Source of the DNA: an uncultured Planctomycetales bacterium
GTDB lineage: Bacteria; Omnitrophota; Gorgyraeia; Gygaellales; Profunditerraquicolaceae
Assembly: GCA_964542785.1 (NCBI GenBank)
Contig: CAZIUK010000001.1
Coordinates: 197,115 to 261,114 of the forward strand
Reading direction: 5' to 3'
Length of the DNA stretch: 64,000 nucleotides
The translations under genes were made by a program, and so were the position numbers. The notes beneath the pieces were generated by a model. The model was given only the letters and a program-made list of their open reading frames with translations. It had not been told where the DNA came from and did not search any database. Of this stretch, positions 57,299-64,000 are shown in pieces; the stretch's first letter is position 1, and every line of letters starts with the position of its first letter.

Positions 57299-58737
57299 TA
57301 TTTGAGAAGAGTGTTGATAATAGAAGAGGTTTTAGCCTCCCTAAGTTAGATGTCCCTATATCTTCGGGGTTACCTAAAGAATATTGCAGAAAAGAATTAG
57401 CTAATTTACCTGAAGTATCAGAGTTGGATGTAGTGCGTCACTTTTCAAATTTATCAAGGATGAATTTTTCTGTTGATACTAATTTTTATCCTTTAGGTTC
57501 TTGCACGATGAAGTATAACCCTAAGTTTACAGAAAAGGTGGCTTCTTTAGAAGGTTTTTTAAATCTTCATCCCTTAATCCCGCAGCTGCCTTTTGGCGCT
57601 GGCCTTACACAGGGAGCGCTTGAGATTTTATACAATATAGAGCAGTTGCTTGCGGAGATAACCGGTATGCATGCTTTTACCTTGCAACCTTTAGCAGGCG
57701 CGCATGGTGAGTTAACCGGAGTTATGCTTATCTTCGCGTATCATAAATTAAGGGGAGAAAAAAGAAAGTTTGTTATTATTCCAGACTCTTCCCACGGGAC
57801 AAACCCGGCGAGCGCGGCAATTGCCGGATATGAAGTAGTTGTTATCCCGACGGATAAAGAAGGGTATCTGGATATGGAAGAATATAAAAAAGCGTTAAAT
57901 AAAGATACGGCTGCGGTTATGCTTACCTGCCCGGATACTTTAGGGTTATTTAACCTGAAGATAAAAGAGATAGCGGATTTAGCTCATAAAGTAGGCGCCT
58001 TGATGTATTATGATGGAGCGAATTTAAATGCTATTATGGGTAAGTGTCGGCCTGGAGATATCGGTTTTGATATAGTCCATCTAAATTTACATAAGACTTT
58101 CGGAACTCCGCATGGAGGAGGCGGACCCGGAGCAGGGCCGATAGGGGTTTGTAAAGAATTAGTTGATTTTCTTCCTATACCTTGTGTTATGCGTAAAGAT
58201 GACGGGACGTATTACCTTGACTATCAAAAGAAGAATACTATTGGTTATATAGCTCCATTTTATGGAAACTTTGGAGTAATTCTAAAAGCATATGCATATA
58301 TTTTAGCTTTAGGCAAAGAGGGTTTAATCGAGGCAAGCGAGAGCGCAGTCTTAAGTGCAAATTATTGTTTAAGTAGGTTAAAAAAATATTTTGTAGTACC
58401 ATTTGATAAGATTTGTATGCATGAGTGTGTCTTATCTGCTCTGCGTCAGGTAAAAAATGGAGTGCATGCTTTAGATATCGCTAAATATTTAATAGATAAA
58501 GGTTTCCATCCGCCTACTATATATTTTCCTCTTATTGTTAAAGAAGCGATGATGATAGAGCCTACGGAAACAGAGAGTAAGGAGATTATTGATAGTTTTA
58601 TTGAGGCGATGATTGAGGCAGCTAATTTTGCCGAAAGTAACCCTGAAGTTTTGCGTTCGTCTCCTGCCAAAATGCCTGTTAAAAGGCTTGATGAGACTAA
58701 AGCAGCACGGGAGCCAAACCTTCGCTGGAAGTCTTAA
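57289..58737 (+). CDS. gcvPB: glycine dehydrogenase (decarboxylating) subunit 2
   Basis: HLNLHKTF PLP-lysine motif. Confidence 0.93.
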   Translation: MQLIFEKSVDNRRGFSLPKLDVPISSGLPKEYCRKELANLPEVSELDVVRHFSNLSRMNFSVDTNFYPLGSCTMKYNPKFTEKVASLEGFLNLHPLIPQLPFGAGLTQGALEILYNIEQLLAEITGMHAFTLQPLAGAHGELTGVMLIFAYHKLRGEKRKFVIIPDSSHGTNPASAAIAGYEVVVIPTDKEGYLDMEEYKKALNKDTAAVMLTCPDTLGLFNLKIKEIADLAHKVGALMYYDGANLNAIMGKCRPGDIGFDIVHLNLHKTFGTPHGGGGPGAGPIGVCKELVDFLPIPCVMRKDDGTYYLDYQKKNTIGYIAPFYGNFGVILKAYAYILALGKEGLIEASESAVLSANYCLSRLKKYFVVPFDKICMHECVLSALRQVKNGVHALDIAKYLIDKGFHPPTIYFPLIVKEAMMIEPTETESKEIIDSFIEAMIEAANFAESNPEVLRSSPAKMPVKRLDETKAAREPNLRWKS

Positions 58738-58743
58738 AAAATA

Positions 58744-59487
58744 ATGAAAAAATTTAAACTTATCCGTTCAAAACCTGCTAATGCCTCTTTTAATATGTCT
58801 ATGGATGAGGGGATATTTTTGCGCTATCTTGAAGATAGGGTGCCGGTATTTCGTATTTATAGTTGGAGTACCCCTTCATTTACCTATGGGTTTTCACAAA
58901 AACCAAAAGAAGAGTTGGACATCTCTTTGTGCAATAAAGACGGGATAGGCATTGCTAAGAGGTTAACCGGAGGCGGGATATTGTTTCATAATAATGAAGT
59001 TACTTATAGTATTGCCTGCTCAAAGTCAGATATAGAAGAAGATGAGGGTGTTTTTGTCTCTTACCGGAAGACCTGCGCATTTTTGATAAACTTCTATAAG
59101 TCTTTAGGTCTAAACCCTATTTTTGCGCTTGAGTCCGTGGGATTTAAGCTTAAGGCTTCTCCTTCTAGGCTCTGTGCAGCCTCTTACGAAAAGTTTGATA
59201 TTACTATAAACGGCAAAAAGATAGGGGGTAATGCGCAAAAGAGAAGGCGGGACGTGATATTTCAGCACGGTTCAATACCTATAGATATGGATTTTAATCT
59301 TATGCGAAAGTATCTGCGTTATTTTTCTGAAAGCGTAGCTTCGGGGGTTACTTTTTTAGCTAAAGAGTTAAAAGGTAATTTAGATAAAGATGCTATTGAA
59401 GAAAAGCTAATAGAATCGTTTAAAAAGACTTTTAATGTTGAGTTTATCAAAGATGAGAGTTTAAATGAAACCGTCTTGGTTAGATAA
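58744..59487 (+). CDS. lipoate-protein ligase / octanoyltransferase family (LplA/LipM-like catalytic domain)
   Basis: RLTGGGILFHNNE; INGKKIGGNAQKR lysine motif. Confidence 0.8.
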   Translation: MKKFKLIRSKPANASFNMSMDEGIFLRYLEDRVPVFRIYSWSTPSFTYGFSQKPKEELDISLCNKDGIGIAKRLTGGGILFHNNEVTYSIACSKSDIEEDEGVFVSYRKTCAFLINFYKSLGLNPIFALESVGFKLKASPSRLCAASYEKFDITINGKKIGGNAQKRRRDVIFQHGSIPIDMDFNLMRKYLRYFSESVASGVTFLAKELKGNLDKDAIEEKLIESFKKTFNVEFIKDESLNETVLVR

Positions 59488-60298
59488 AAAAATCTCCTTA
59501 AAAGATTGCGCTACTCTTAAGGAGATATTAAAGAGAAGGTCTTTACATACTGTATGCGAGGAAGCGCAGTGTCCTAATATAGGGGAATGTTTTGCTAAGA
59601 AGCAGGCGACTTTTTTAATTTTAGGGGATACCTGCACGCGCGGATGTAGTTTTTGCGGGGTAAAAAGAGGAGTTCCGCCTGCAGTAGATTCAAACGAGCC
59701 TTTTAGAATAGCAGAGTGTATAGTTGAATTAGGATTAAAACATGTTGTGATTACTAGTGTCACAAGAGATGATCTGTTTGATTATGGGGTGAGTGGGTTT
59801 GTTAATACCATCAAAGCTATAAGGGCTTTCAATGATAAGGTGAAGATAGAAGTGCTTATTCCTGACTTTAATGCGGATAAAAAAGCGTTAATAGGGTTAT
59901 TAGAGAGCAAGCCGGATATTATCGCTCATAACGTAGAGACTGTGCCAAGTTTATATAAAAAGGTGCGCAAAGGCGCTTCCTATAATAGGTCTTTGGAAGT
60001 TTTTAAAATAATTAAATCATTGAATTTAGATATACCTTTAAAGTCTGGGTTAATGTTAGGTTTAGGAGAAAGAAAGGAAGAGGTTTATCAGGTTTTTGAG
60101 GATTTGGTTGAGGTAGGGTGTATTTATTTAAGTATTGGCCAGTATTTATCGCCGAGTAAATCGCATTATCCGGTGAAAGAGTATATTCGGCCTGAGATTT
60201 TTGAGGAGTATCGCCTAAAAGCTTTATGCGTGGGATTTTCTTTTGTTAAAAGCGCTCCTTATGTGCGTAGTTCTTATCTTGCACATGAATATAAATAG
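59465..60298 (+). CDS. lipA: lipoyl synthase
   Basis: CPNIGEC and CTRGCSFC cluster motifs. Confidence 0.93.
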   Translation: MKPSWLDKKISLKDCATLKEILKRRSLHTVCEEAQCPNIGECFAKKQATFLILGDTCTRGCSFCGVKRGVPPAVDSNEPFRIAECIVELGLKHVVITSVTRDDLFDYGVSGFVNTIKAIRAFNDKVKIEVLIPDFNADKKALIGLLESKPDIIAHNVETVPSLYKKVRKGASYNRSLEVFKIIKSLNLDIPLKSGLMLGLGERKEEVYQVFEDLVEVGCIYLSIGQYLSPSKSHYPVKEYIRPEIFEEYRLKALCVGFSFVKSAPYVRSSYLAHEYK

Positions 60299-60303
60299 GT
60301 AAA

Positions 60304-60344
60304 TAGGGGACAGCGACTTTTTATAAAAAGTCGCTGTCCCCTAT
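60304..60344. terminator. palindrome GGGGACAGCGACTTTTTAT/AAAAAGTCGCTGTCCCC after lipA (same family as 37591)
   Basis: 19-bp perfect stem, 6 nt after the lipA stop. Confidence 0.65.
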
Positions 60345-60366
60345 TAAAAAGCCTGTTTAATATTCC

Positions 60367-60394
60367 TTGCTAAAATAGGCTATTGTTATATAAT
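60367..60394 (+). promoter_or_regulatory. candidate promoter TTGCTA-N16-TATAAT for rubrerythrin
   Basis: Sequence match only. Confidence 0.35.
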
Positions 60395-60446
60395 TAATTG
60401 GAATTTATCTATTCTTTAAAATAAAAGTAAAAGGAGGTAACAGAAG

Positions 60447-61025
60447 ATGAGTAAGTCAGTAAAAGGAACCCAGACAGAAAAAAATCTTTTAGCGGCTTTT
60501 GCCGGAGAATCACAGGCAAGAAACCGCTATACTTATTTTGCCAGTGTAGCAAAAAAAGAAGGATATGAGCAGATTTCGCGCTTTTTTATAGAGACTGCGG
60601 ATAATGAAAAAGAGCATGCTAAGGTATTTTTTAAATATTTAGAGGGTGGAGAGGTAGAGATAACCTCAAGTTATCCGGCGGGGATGATTAAAGATACTAA
60701 GACTAACCTAGATGAAGCGGCTAAGGGAGAAAACTTAGAGTGGACAACCCTTTATCAGGATTTTGCAAAGACCGCTAAAGATGAAGGTTTCCCTGAGATA
60801 GCCCGTTCATTTGAGCAAATTGCTAAGGTAGAGAGATTTCATGAGGAGCGTTACCGAAAACTGCGCAGTAATATGGATAAGAGCGAGGTCTTTAAAAAGA
60901 AATCTACTACAAAATGGCACTGTTTAAATTGCGGTTATGTGCATGAGGGGGATGAGGCGCCTAAAGAGTGTCCTGCTTGCAAGCACCCGCAGGTATTTTT
61001 TGAGGTATTGGCTGAGAATTATTAA
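60447..61025 (+). CDS. rbr: rubrerythrin
   Basis: Ferritin-like diiron E..H motifs; C-terminal rubredoxin [10 protein letters not shown]...CPACKHP. Confidence 0.9.
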   Translation: MSKSVKGTQTEKNLLAAFAGESQARNRYTYFASVAKKEGYEQISRFFIETADNEKEHAKVFFKYLEGGEVEITSSYPAGMIKDTKTNLDEAAKGENLEWTTLYQDFAKTAKDEGFPEIARSFEQIAKVERFHEERYRKLRSNMDKSEVFKKKSTTKWHCLNCGYVHEGDEAPKECPACKHPQVFFEVLAENY

Positions 61026-61059
61026 TACTAAATTATAAGTAAATTAAAAATTAGATAGG

Positions 61060-61599
61060 TTGTTAATAGTGAAAAAATATACTATTTTTATTCTTTTATT
61101 GAGCCTATTTATTATAAAGGGCTCTTTTGCTGAAGAAACTGCACAGGATTACTTTAATCAAGGAGTCTTTTATCGTAATAGCAATGAATTAGACCGGGCT
61201 ATATTAGCTTTTACTAAGGCTATTGAAATTGACCCTAATTATTCTGAGGCCTATCTTAAGCGTGGGATTACCTATCGTAATAGGGGTAAGTTTGATGAAG
61301 CTATCGCCGACTTTACTAAGGCAAGCCACCTTGATCTTAGTAACGATCAGATATATAGCAACCGAGGAAGCGCTTATGCTGTTAAAAATAATTATACTCA
61401 AGCCGAATTAGATTATAGTAAGGCTATTGAGCTTAATCCTAATAACGCAGAAATTTATTTCAACCGCGCAAATGCTTATTATTATCAGCAAAAATACGAT
61501 AAGGCTTGGGAGGATGTACGTAAGGCGCAGGGGTTAGGTTATAGCGTTAATATGCGTTTTCTTGATATGTTAAGAGAATCTTCAGGAGTAGATAAATGA
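61060..61599 (+). CDS. TPR-repeat protein with signal peptide
   Basis: Three to four TPR units (..AI..F.KAIE.DPNY..AY..RG..Y). Confidence 0.7.
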   Translation: MLIVKKYTIFILLLSLFIIKGSFAEETAQDYFNQGVFYRNSNELDRAILAFTKAIEIDPNYSEAYLKRGITYRNRGKFDEAIADFTKASHLDLSNDQIYSNRGSAYAVKNNYTQAELDYSKAIELNPNNAEIYFNRANAYYYQQKYDKAWEDVRKAQGLGYSVNMRFLDMLRESSGVDK

Positions 61600-62033
61600 G
61601 GGGTATTTTAGCCAATAGAGGGTTTACCTTTATAGAGTTGATTTTTGCAATCGCAATTTTTGCTTTTGCTATGGCAGGGATATTGCTTCTATTTATAAAC
61701 TGTGCTTTCCTTGATACGGCAAACCGTGAAAAGGCCATTGCAATAAGCCATGCTGAAACTGCGATGGAATATATAAAATATGAAGCAACCAAGAATTTTA
61801 ACAATAAAGCGATAGAACTTTGTTCCGGGGGCAGCGGCATTTATTTGCTTCCCGTAGATTTAGGATTAGATAACAGCTTGACAGAAGAAGTCATTAGCGT
61901 TGTTCCTACTTTAAATTCTTGTAATGCAGTCCCTTTAAATTTATTAGATGTGACTCTTGAAGTTGTTTGGCGCGATGGCAGGCAAAGGGATAGAAGCGTA
62001 TCTTTAAAGACATTGATTTCAAAACCTAAATAG
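61596..62033 (+). CDS. prepilin-type N-terminal cleavage/methylation domain protein (pseudopilin)
   Basis: RGFTFIELIFAIAIF. Confidence 0.6.
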   Translation: MRGILANRGFTFIELIFAIAIFAFAMAGILLLFINCAFLDTANREKAIAISHAETAMEYIKYEATKNFNNKAIELCSGGSGIYLLPVDLGLDNSLTEEVISVVPTLNSCNAVPLNLLDVTLEVVWRDGRQRDRSVSLKTLISKPK

Positions 62034-62036
62034 AAA

Positions 62037-62531
62037 ATGAAGAGAGGTTTTACTTTAATTGAGACATTAGTAATTGTTTTAGTTTTTAGCCTCATCGTAT
62101 CAGGCATGCTTGGACTTTTAAATTATGCGAAAGTTAATTATAATACTAATTTAATTAGACTTAGTCTTCAACAGCAAACAAGGCGAGCTATGGATTTATT
62201 AAGTAGGGAGATAAGAGAAGCCTCTTGGGATTCTATCCCAAATAGTTTCAGTTTTAATAAAGATGATTCTTTTGATACTTTTAAATTTAAAAAAGTCAGT
62301 TATTTTGTTGAAAAAAATACTGCTTCAAGCAAGTCCTTATCTCAGTTAGTCCGTACTTGTTTGACTTGTCCAAAAAAAGTAGTGGCCAACGATATAACAA
62401 AATTAGAAGCTGAGAAAGAAGACCGGACTATTAAAATTACGGTAGAAGCAAGCAAGGATTTTAAGGTTTTTGGGGAAGAGAAAAATATTAGCTTTGCTCT
62501 TGTTGAAAAAGTATTTGTAAGGAACCTTTAA
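62037..62531 (+). CDS. prepilin-type N-terminal cleavage/methylation domain protein (pseudopilin)
   Basis: MKRGFTLIETLVIVLV. Confidence 0.65.
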   Translation: MKRGFTLIETLVIVLVFSLIVSGMLGLLNYAKVNYNTNLIRLSLQQQTRRAMDLLSREIREASWDSIPNSFSFNKDDSFDTFKFKKVSYFVEKNTASSKSLSQLVRTCLTCPKKVVANDITKLEAEKEDRTIKITVEASKDFKVFGEEKNISFALVEKVFVRNL

Positions 62532-62535
62532 GATA

Positions 62536-63786
62536 ATGAATAACCGCGGCGCAGTATTAATTATCAGTTGGATAGTAATAGTAGTTTCTAGTATTTTAGG
62601 GGCTGCTTTTTTGACGCGTAGCATTACTGAAAATAACCTTGCTGGCAAATATTATGATTCCACGCAGGCCTTTTGGTTGGCAGAAGCCGGAATTCAAGGC
62701 GCTCTTTGGGAGTTGAATTATAATGATTGCAAAGGTTGCGTGAAAGAGTGCTATGAGGCAGAAGAGGGAAAAAGTAAATGCATATTTAAACTAACCCTTA
62801 AGCCTTATGGTTATGATGCAGATGTAATTATAGATAAGAATACTAATATCCTTACTTCAACCGGCTCTATCCTTAGAGTAGGAAACTTTAAGCCTGTAGT
62901 TAGGACTCTGGAGGTTAAATTAAGATTGGATAGTCCTTTTAGGGGCGCGGCGTTTGCCCGCAGTAAAATAAGACTCTTAAATAATGCTATGACTGATAGC
63001 TATGATTCTTCACTCGGGCTTTATGGAGTAAATGGCAATGTAAGCCAATATGGCGATGTGGGTACTAATAGTGGATTAGAAAACGATATTACCTTAGGGA
63101 ATAATGCAATAGTAAAAGGAGATGCATCAACGGGTCCAGGCGGAACAGTGCAGATGAATAATAATGCTACAGTTACTGGAGATATAACTCATAGCAACAA
63201 TGTCAGCATCCCCCCGGTAGAAATACCTCCTGACTTAACTAAATTGCCTAATTTAGGAGCTATGAATATAGCTAATAATGGTTCTCGGGAAATTTCTGAA
63301 GATTCTCATTATACTTCTATAAATATGGCTAATAATTCTACGTTAATAATAAACGGTACTGTTAATCTTTATCTCTCAAGTATAACTGATGCGATTACTA
63401 CGCAGAATAACAGTAAGATAATTTTATCAGAAGGGGCTAAGCTTAATCTTTATGTAGGTGGGGTTGTATCTATAAGCAATAATTCTGCTATTAATAATAA
63501 AACCAAGATTCCGGCTAATTTTCAGCTATATAGTGCTTATACAGGATCAAATGGAGTAAGAATATCCAATAATGGTAATTTTTATGGGGCTGTTTATGCT
63601 CCGGGTACAGATATAATTTTAGCTAATAATTCAGATAGTTTTGGCTCATTTGTAGGTAAGACCATTGATCTATCAAATAATGGAAATATTCATTATGATT
63701 TAGCCCTTCAGCAGCTTAGTGCTCCTGGTTTTTCAGGAGGTAGCGGGGTAGCTTCTTATATTTTGGAAAAATGGCAAGAAGTGTGA
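62536..63786 (+). CDS. PilX-N-terminal-domain-like pilus/T2SS-associated protein with Asn-rich beta-helix-like repeats
   Basis: MNNRGAVLIISWIVIVVSSILGAAFLTRS; repetitive NN..V.GD segments. Confidence 0.5.
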   Translation: MNNRGAVLIISWIVIVVSSILGAAFLTRSITENNLAGKYYDSTQAFWLAEAGIQGALWELNYNDCKGCVKECYEAEEGKSKCIFKLTLKPYGYDADVIIDKNTNILTSTGSILRVGNFKPVVRTLEVKLRLDSPFRGAAFARSKIRLLNNAMTDSYDSSLGLYGVNGNVSQYGDVGTNSGLENDITLGNNAIVKGDASTGPGGTVQMNNNATVTGDITHSNNVSIPPVEIPPDLTKLPNLGAMNIANNGSREISEDSHYTSINMANNSTLIINGTVNLYLSSITDAITTQNNSKIILSEGAKLNLYVGGVVSISNNSAINNKTKIPANFQLYSAYTGSNGVRISNNGNFYGAVYAPGTDIILANNSDSFGSFVGKTIDLSNNGNIHYDLALQQLSAPGFSGGSGVASYILEKWQEV

Positions 63787-63824
63787 GATGGCAAAGTAGC
63801 AAGAATAAAAAGAAAACTTATATA

Positions 63825-64000
63825 ATGAAAAATGGCTTTACTTTAATTGAAATTTTGTTAGTGGTTGCAATAATAATAGCATTAACAGGCGTAGCTATAC
63901 CTAATTTACTACAAATTCGTTTAATCTCAAATGAACAAAATGCAATTTCTAATATTCAAGCAATTTCTGTAGCATCCCAGACTTTTTCTTCTATTGAAGG
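63825..64000 (+). CDS. type IV pilin-like protein, 3'-partial
   Basis: MKNGFTLIEILLVVAIIIALTGVAIPNL. Confidence 0.65.
   Translation, partial: MKNGFTLIEILLVVAIIIALTGVAIPNLLQIRLISNEQNAISNIQAISVASQTFSSIE

Noticed and set aside
1-64000. tRNA or rRNA genes
   Set aside because: No T-loop GGTTCGAATCC-type motifs in a cloverleaf context were found in intergenic regions. The intergenic spacers are short and occupied by repeats.

Overview
The window is an AT-rich bacterial chromosomal segment. The content points to an anaerobic diderm: LPS inner-core genes, desulforedoxin, rubrerythrin, NifX-like proteins and ferredoxin-ATPases. Every supportable CDS (about 75) lies on the + strand, and no rRNA, tRNA or CRISPR array was seen.

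Gene content in order:
- 3' end of a phosphohexomutase gene, plsC, rpsA, tyrS and a SemiSWEET gene.
- A small C-rich island carrying damaged genes: a truncated Nuc/PLD-like gene and an ORF with beta-barrel-like character.
- A DUF4143 AAA+ ATPase gene flanked by two near-identical repeat copies.
- A large surface-glycan locus: rfbF, rfbG, an SDR, a NeuB-like gene, a YerE/ALS-like ThDP enzyme gene, a KdsC-like phosphatase gene, an FkbM methyltransferase gene, two radical-SAM/SPASM genes, a GT2 gene, a sugar C-methyltransferase gene, a polytopic membrane protein gene, E1-type rfbH, a second GT2 gene, a deacetylase gene and an O-antigen ligase gene.
- A decayed manC.
- LPS core genes: two GT9 heptosyltransferases, a DegT aminotransferase, a waaE/kdtX pseudogene plus an intact paralog, and gmhB.
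- An AbiEi/AbiEii pair.
- A UgtP/MGDG-synthase-like glycosyltransferase gene, a helicase-degenerate priA and fmt.
- Tandem GalT-like paralogs, gap-pgk-tpiA-secG and a BT1/MFS transporter gene.
- A redox/metal cluster: desulforedoxin, an SDR, a Fur-family regulator, DUF5320 x2, NifX-like x2, MinD-ferredoxin ATPase x2, DUF89, MBL, methyltransferases and a J-domain protein.
- hldD, gcvT-H-PA-PB, lplA-like, lipA, rubrerythrin, a TPR lipoprotein and pseudopilins.

Superimposed on these genes is a family of ~111-bp MITE-like inverted-repeat elements. There are 6 full copies, all in the same orientation, plus solo ends. One 63-bp mini-copy sits in-frame inside priA. Other copies rewrite gene ends or supply Shine-Dalgarno sequences just upstream of start codons.

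The two candidates for an undescribed system are the MITE family itself and the uncharacterised NifX/MinD-ferredoxin/DUF5320 redox cluster under a Fur-family regulator.
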